59,566 nucleotides of DNA. Source: a virus. Its lineage: Duplodnaviria; Caudoviricetes. Positions 55,642 through 59,566 of the stretch are shown here, one piece after another. The DNA lies in the IMG/VR virus record IMGVR_UViG_3300015263_001819, positions 1 through 59,566 of that record. The stretch is one strand, 5' to 3'. The translations under genes were made by a program, and so were the position numbers. Below the pieces are notes generated by a model. That model made no database searches, was not told the origin of the DNA, and was given only the letters and a program-made list of their open reading frames with translations. Within the stretch, counting starts at the first letter, position 1. Each line of letters starts with the position of its first letter.

Positions 55642-56198
55642 CGCCCGAACGCCGATTGCAGCCACACCGACGCCATGAGCAAGTCGTCCTCGGCGGCGCC
55701 GGACCATCCGCGGTTGTACGGTGCTCGGATGGCGACGCCGAAGCCGCCGCTCGCCTCGGACCACCCCTCGAGGTTGTGAGGCGCGTCGTCGATGAGTGCG
55801 TGGCCGTCGACGAGCGACTTGTCCGAGGCGATGACGATGTCGCGCTTGGCAAACCCGCGGTTTAGGAGCCACTGACAGCGCTCGGCGATCCAGCTCCCGC
55901 CGAGCATCGGCGACGTCAAGCACACGACTCGGTCGGCCCATCCGCGTAGGTGTGCCAAGCCTTCCATGGCGTACGGCAGCTCGCGGAGCCCGAGCACGAA
56001 CCCGGGCGTCGAGACGAGGTCCTTCCACACCGCCTCGTTTTGCGCCTTCGTGCACACGCACTCGGAGAACTCGAAGGACGTGACCTCGTCGTACGTGACG
56101 TCGAGGCCGAACTTCTCGTTGAGACGCTCGAGGTAGGGCGTGACCAAGTCCGCCATCACCCCGTCGCAATCCACCAACACCGTGATCGGGTCATTCAT
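55638..56198 (-). CDS. 5'(3')-deoxyribonucleotidase (HAD family)
   Basis: DCDGVMAD, LTSP, DK..V, LIDD...N, APYN. Confidence 0.9.
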   Translation of the reverse strand: MNDPITVLVDCDGVMADLVTPYLERLNEKFGLDVTYDEVTSFEFSECVCTKAQNEAVWKDLVSTPGFVLGLRELPYAMEGLAHLRGWADRVVCLTSPMLGGSWIAERCQWLLNRGFAKRDIVIASDKSLVDGHALIDDAPHNLEGWSEASGGFGVAIRAPYNRGWSGAAEDDLLMASVWLQSAFGR

Positions 56199-56662
56199 CG
56201 GATCCCTCCCCCCTCGACGAAACCGTTCGGGTAGCGCTTAGCGAGCTTTGCCATGTTGGCCTCGAGCACGTCGTCGAGCGTCGCCCCGACGTGGGCGGCG
56301 ATGTCGGAAACCTTCGCGAAAAGCGTTGCTGTGCTCGGACCGTAGTAGCGAATGCACACATAGTCCGACAAGTCGACAACATCCGCCCACAGCTTCGTTT
56401 TGTACGGGCTGCGGTGAGGCTTACTTACGCTCTCTTTGTGGTCCAGCGCCAGCGCCACGGCGTACCAACACACGTCGCCGAGTTCGAGGATGAGTTCCTC
56501 GCGGTCGAGCGTTTTGCCGTGCCATTCGACCTTCTTGACGAGGTCGCACACCTCGCCGAGTTCGCCGATGAGCCCCAAACGAAGGAGCGGCTCGGGCATC
56601 GGCTCGCCGTCTTTGTAGCGGCGACGTTCGATGTCTTGGATGAAGCGTTCGAGGACTGTCAT
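56195..56662 (-). CDS. mazG: MazG-like NTP pyrophosphohydrolase
   Basis: LGLIGELGEVCDLVKK, ELGDVCWY, N.AKL.KRYP.GF. Confidence 0.88.
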   Translation of the reverse strand: MTVLERFIQDIERRRYKDGEPMPEPLLRLGLIGELGEVCDLVKKVEWHGKTLDREELILELGDVCWYAVALALDHKESVSKPHRSPYKTKLWADVVDLSDYVCIRYYGPSTATLFAKVSDIAAHVGATLDDVLEANMAKLAKRYPNGFVEGGGIR

Positions 56663-57213
56663 TGGGCTTCCTTTGCGGTGCGGGTCCACGCCCCGCGGTC
56701 GACGTGGTGGACGATGTGCTCGTTGCGGAGCGTTTGGAGAAGGTTTGACGTCTGCATGTGCGTCATGCCGAAGCGCTTACGAAGATCGGCATTCTCGATA
56801 CGAGTGCCGCGGGGTAGTTGCTCGACGTAGAGCCGAGCGTTAGTGCGCGGGTTCTCGACGGGGGCGGCTTCGGACGCCGGGGCCGTTTCGACGAGGTCGT
56901 CCTTCTCGACGAGGTCGTCCTTCTCGACGAGCGCGGCCAACCACGATTGCGCTCGACGTTTGGCGATACGCTCTTTGGCTAGCTCGGCCTCCAGCTCGCC
57001 GATTTTGACCCACGCCTCGGCTTTTTCGTCGAGGGCTTCGTCCCACATCTTCTGAAGATGGTCTACACGAGCCAAACGGAGTTCGTGCTCCTCGACGTGT
57101 GTTGCGGTGATGGCTTTCCATTTGCGCACCTCCGCCTCGGCGCGGGCTTCGAAGAAGATCGCGATGCCGAGGGCGACGGCCTCTACGAGGCATATCCAAT
57201 GCACGGGGGTCAT
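56659..57213 (-). CDS. Membrane anchor-coiled coil-winged HTH protein
   Basis: Hydrophobic N-terminus, heptads, LRKRFGM...NLL..L...G.W. Confidence 0.7.
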   Translation of the reverse strand: MTPVHWICLVEAVALGIAIFFEARAEAEVRKWKAITATHVEEHELRLARVDHLQKMWDEALDEKAEAWVKIGELEAELAKERIAKRRAQSWLAALVEKDDLVEKDDLVETAPASEAAPVENPRTNARLYVEQLPRGTRIENADLRKRFGMTHMQTSNLLQTLRNEHIVHHVDRGAWTRTAKEAQ

Positions 57214-57644
57214 TTCACACCTTTCGCAGTACGGGTCCAGATACCGTATCGTGTATGCGTCACAAACCCACTGGCCGCCAACGTAGTCATCAAATTAGTA
57301 GCTTGAGCAGACGACAAGCCGAAACGCTCTCGTAGCATAGCTACGGGTATGTCGTGCCCTCTGGGCAAAGAGAGGGCGTACGAGCGCGCTTGGCGCGCGT
57401 TAGGCGCGTGGATGGACGTCTTTGTCTGAGATCTGGCAGGTGTCGATTTGCGTGCCTGGGCTGCGACTTCTTCCATCTTCACCTGAGCCTCTGTTAGTTG
57501 ATTTCTGACAACTGAGAGAGTTGCCTCCAGGCCGGCAGCCGTTTCTCGACACCTCCGTAGGTTGGCCTCGGCTCGGCGCTCTAGAACAAGCGCAGCGATC
57601 AAGGCAACCAGCTCGATCGCGCACACCCAATGCACGGGTGTCAT
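57210..57644 (-). CDS. Paralog of 56659-57213
   Basis: Same MTPVHW start and WTRTAK end. Confidence 0.7.
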   Translation of the reverse strand: MTPVHWVCAIELVALIAALVLERRAEANLRRCRETAAGLEATLSVVRNQLTEAQVKMEEVAAQARKSTPARSQTKTSIHAPNARQARSYALSLPRGHDIPVAMLRERFGLSSAQATNLMTTLAASGFVTHTRYGIWTRTAKGVK

Positions 57645-57907
57645 TCGTCGCCCTCCTTCTTCGTGGGCTTCGAGATGGTCGTGCCGCGAAGCGCGATTTG
57701 ATAGTGGTAGTCATCGAGCGTGCGCTCGGGAAGGATGCCGTTCTCGGCGAGGGCGTCTTGGATGGCCTTCTCCTTCTTCCATTGCGCGATGCGCGCGGCT
57801 TTCGCGAGCTTCTTCGGTCGCGGGCGGCGGGCGCGGTCCTCGATGCGCATGAGGAGCGACGCGCCCGCGTTCAACTCCCTTTCGGCTCGTTTCTTGGCCT
57901 TCGACAT
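57641..57907 (-). CDS. Small basic protein
   Basis: SD gagggg; ATGA coupling. Confidence 0.6.
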   Translation of the reverse strand: MSKAKKRAERELNAGASLLMRIEDRARRPRPKKLAKAARIAQWKKEKAIQDALAENGILPERTLDDYHYQIALRGTTISKPTKKEGDE

Positions 57908-57944
57908 CCCCTCGTTCTAGCGGGTTTTTCGAGAGGCGCAAAGC

Positions 57945-57979
57945 AAAAACGCCGTCCCCGTTTTAGGAGGGCGGCGTTC
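57945..57979 (-). terminator. Intrinsic terminator
   Basis: Minus strand aacgccgccc...ggacggcgtt followed by T run. Confidence 0.75.
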
Positions 57980-58013
57980 TTACCGGTATCGCAAACCGTA
58001 ACGACTTCGGTGC

Positions 58014-58820
58014 TTACGCCCCGAGCTTCGCCTTCAAGGCGTTCTCGCGGAGTTGCTCCTTCGTCGCTGCGTTGTAGTACCACCCCGGGTGCTTCGGAGC
58101 GCGGGAGACCCACCCCGCCTCGAGCGCGAGGTCCTCGAAAGACTTCTCGGGCTCGGGCGGGGGAGCGTCTTCCTCGTCCGGAGGCGGGGCCTCGTCATCC
58201 GACGGCGCGGGTTCGGAACTAACGGCTTGTCCGTGGGCGCCGGCGGCGACGGGGCCGCGCGGAAGGGGCTCTTGTTCGTCGGACGGGCCGAAGGACAAGA
58301 TGACGGTGTGTTCGCCTTTGGCGTTCACGTGGGGCGCCGCCGTGACCTCGAAGAGGCGGCCGGCCAACGCGCAAACTTCGCTCGTCGGGCGGTCCTTCTC
58401 GAAGTACACGACGCACGAATCGAGGACGTCGTCGTCGAAGAAGTCGAGTTCGTTGCCGCCGTAGCCCATGGCTCCGGCCAGCGCCTTCACGATCTTCCCT
58501 CGCTCGCGGTTCTCCAGGTCTTGCCGGGAGAATCCGCCCTTGGGCGTCACGTTCTCCGGGTAGCACGCCCAATGAAAGGACGAGCCGACTCGTGACGTGG
58601 GCCACTCTTCTCCGCTTTCGCGATTGAAAGTCTCCAGCACTTTTTGTACGGTGTAGTCGATGTGTAGACCGTTGCCATTGCGATCGGGACCGACGCGCAC
58701 GTTGTCGACGCGCGCGAGGTACACCCCGGGCTTCATCTTTTCGCGGTTGAAGTTGGTTTGCGTCGCTCCTGCGATCGACATGCGCCGTGCGCGTACGGGT
58801 GCTTTGGGTGCCATTCTCAT
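58014..58820 (-). CDS. Putative ssDNA-binding/annealing protein
   Basis: PGVYLARV beta-rich core, acidic Pro-rich tail, location beside helicase. Confidence 0.5.
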   Translation of the reverse strand: MRMAPKAPVRARRMSIAGATQTNFNREKMKPGVYLARVDNVRVGPDRNGNGLHIDYTVQKVLETFNRESGEEWPTSRVGSSFHWACYPENVTPKGGFSRQDLENRERGKIVKALAGAMGYGGNELDFFDDDVLDSCVVYFEKDRPTSEVCALAGRLFEVTAAPHVNAKGEHTVILSFGPSDEQEPLPRGPVAAGAHGQAVSSEPAPSDDEAPPPDEEDAPPPEPEKSFEDLALEAGWVSRAPKHPGWYYNAATKEQLRENALKAKLGA

Positions 58821-59566
58821 TCGCCTTTCTTCTTCGCTGTTTTCGTTACGCTATCCCACCGAGAGCCGCCTCGAGCAGCCAAGTCACGGGCTTTCGGTAA
58901 GTGAATTTGGGCCACGAAGAGCTTTTGACCTACACGCTGCATCTCCCCCGCGAAACGTGAGCGGGTGTCCTTCTGGGCGTAGAAGGCTTTCAGATGATCA
59001 GCACAACCTAGGTACATCCAATTCTCAACTTTGTCAGCAGTCTGACCCGGGCGGTGGGTTCGTGCAAGCTCTTGTTCGCCCGGCGCGGTCAACCACAAGT
59101 TTTTCGACCACTGGAATTGGAGGTTCTTGCCCGTGCCGTTCGCCGAGAAGGACGCGACGGCGGGCGTGCGCGCAGCGTGGTCTAGGATGGACCGCCCGCG
59201 CGAGTCGAGGCCCTTTCCGCGATAGTAAGGGATGCCGAGGTCGCGCTCGAGGCGTTCGCCGAGTCCGATGGAGGCCGTCCAAATGAGCTGGCCGTGCTCC
59301 TCGACCCACCTAGCGACGGCTTGGATGGCTTCGTCCGAGACCCACACCGCGACGCTGGGGGGCTCTCGGTGCCCCGTACGGGCGCGCTCGAGGTCGCGTT
59401 GCTCTATCCATGCCTCGTACAACCCGCCATCGTCCTCGAGCCCCGCAACGACCGCCGCGGCCATCCGGCCTTCGGTGTCGATGCCGCGACGGTTACGCCG
59501 GATGGCCTCCCGGCACCACTTCGCCCACGCCGAGCGCGCCGAGCGCCACTCCCGCGGGGGCGCCGG
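58817..59566 (-). CDS. SF2 helicase C-terminal part (truncated by window)
   Basis: Frame open to window edge; GTGKNLQ and EQELARTHRPGQ resemble motifs V and VI. Confidence 0.8.
   Translation of the reverse strand, partial: PAPPREWRSARSAWAKWCREAIRRNRRGIDTEGRMAAAVVAGLEDDGGLYEAWIEQRDLERARTGHREPPSVAVWVSDEAIQAVARWVEEHGQLIWTASIGLGERLERDLGIPYYRGKGLDSRGRSILDHAARTPAVASFSANGTGKNLQFQWSKNLWLTAPGEQELARTHRPGQTADKVENWMYLGCADHLKAFYAQKDTRSRFAGEMQRVGQKLFVAQIHLPKARDLAARGGSRWDSVTKTAKKKGE

Noticed and set aside
56889-56929. 18-bp tandem repeat
   Set aside because: Simple in-frame EKDDLV duplication in a linker.
1-59566. Stop-codon reassignment or prophage integration module
   Set aside because: Genes are intact under the standard code with all three stops used; no integrase, att site or host genes are seen in the window.

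Overview
This window is most of a GC-rich tailed dsDNA phage genome with a contractile tail (myovirus-type); both ends are cut. Positions 1-1970 are non-coding and dense in repeats and palindromes (candidate origin or packaging region). The + strand from 1989 to 39800 carries packaging, head, neck, sheath/tube, tape measure, baseplate, fibre and an unusual lysis-position pair, with many small accessory genes wedged between core genes and one minus-strand cassette inside the baseplate cluster. The minus strand from 39797 to the end carries replication and nucleotide genes: PolA, RuvC-like resolvase, RNA ligase, nucleotidases, an SSB-like protein and a partial helicase. An SspB-like gene weakly suggests a myxobacterial host. 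The main observations: (1) a recurring (T/C)GCTAnnnT extended -10 motif 5-7 nt before many core start codons, implying leaderless per-gene transcription; (2) a promoter-linked ~156-nt rod-like RNA with an anti-Shine-Dalgarno alternative fold; (3) a protein that looks stitched from short fragments of polymerase, portal, head and capsid proteins; (4) an ATP-dependent ligase homolog lacking its catalytic residues; (5) tandem gene pairs joined by 17-19 bp direct repeats at their starts. All family calls come from motif recognition by eye, not database searches. No tRNA, rRNA, CRISPR array or integrase was seen.
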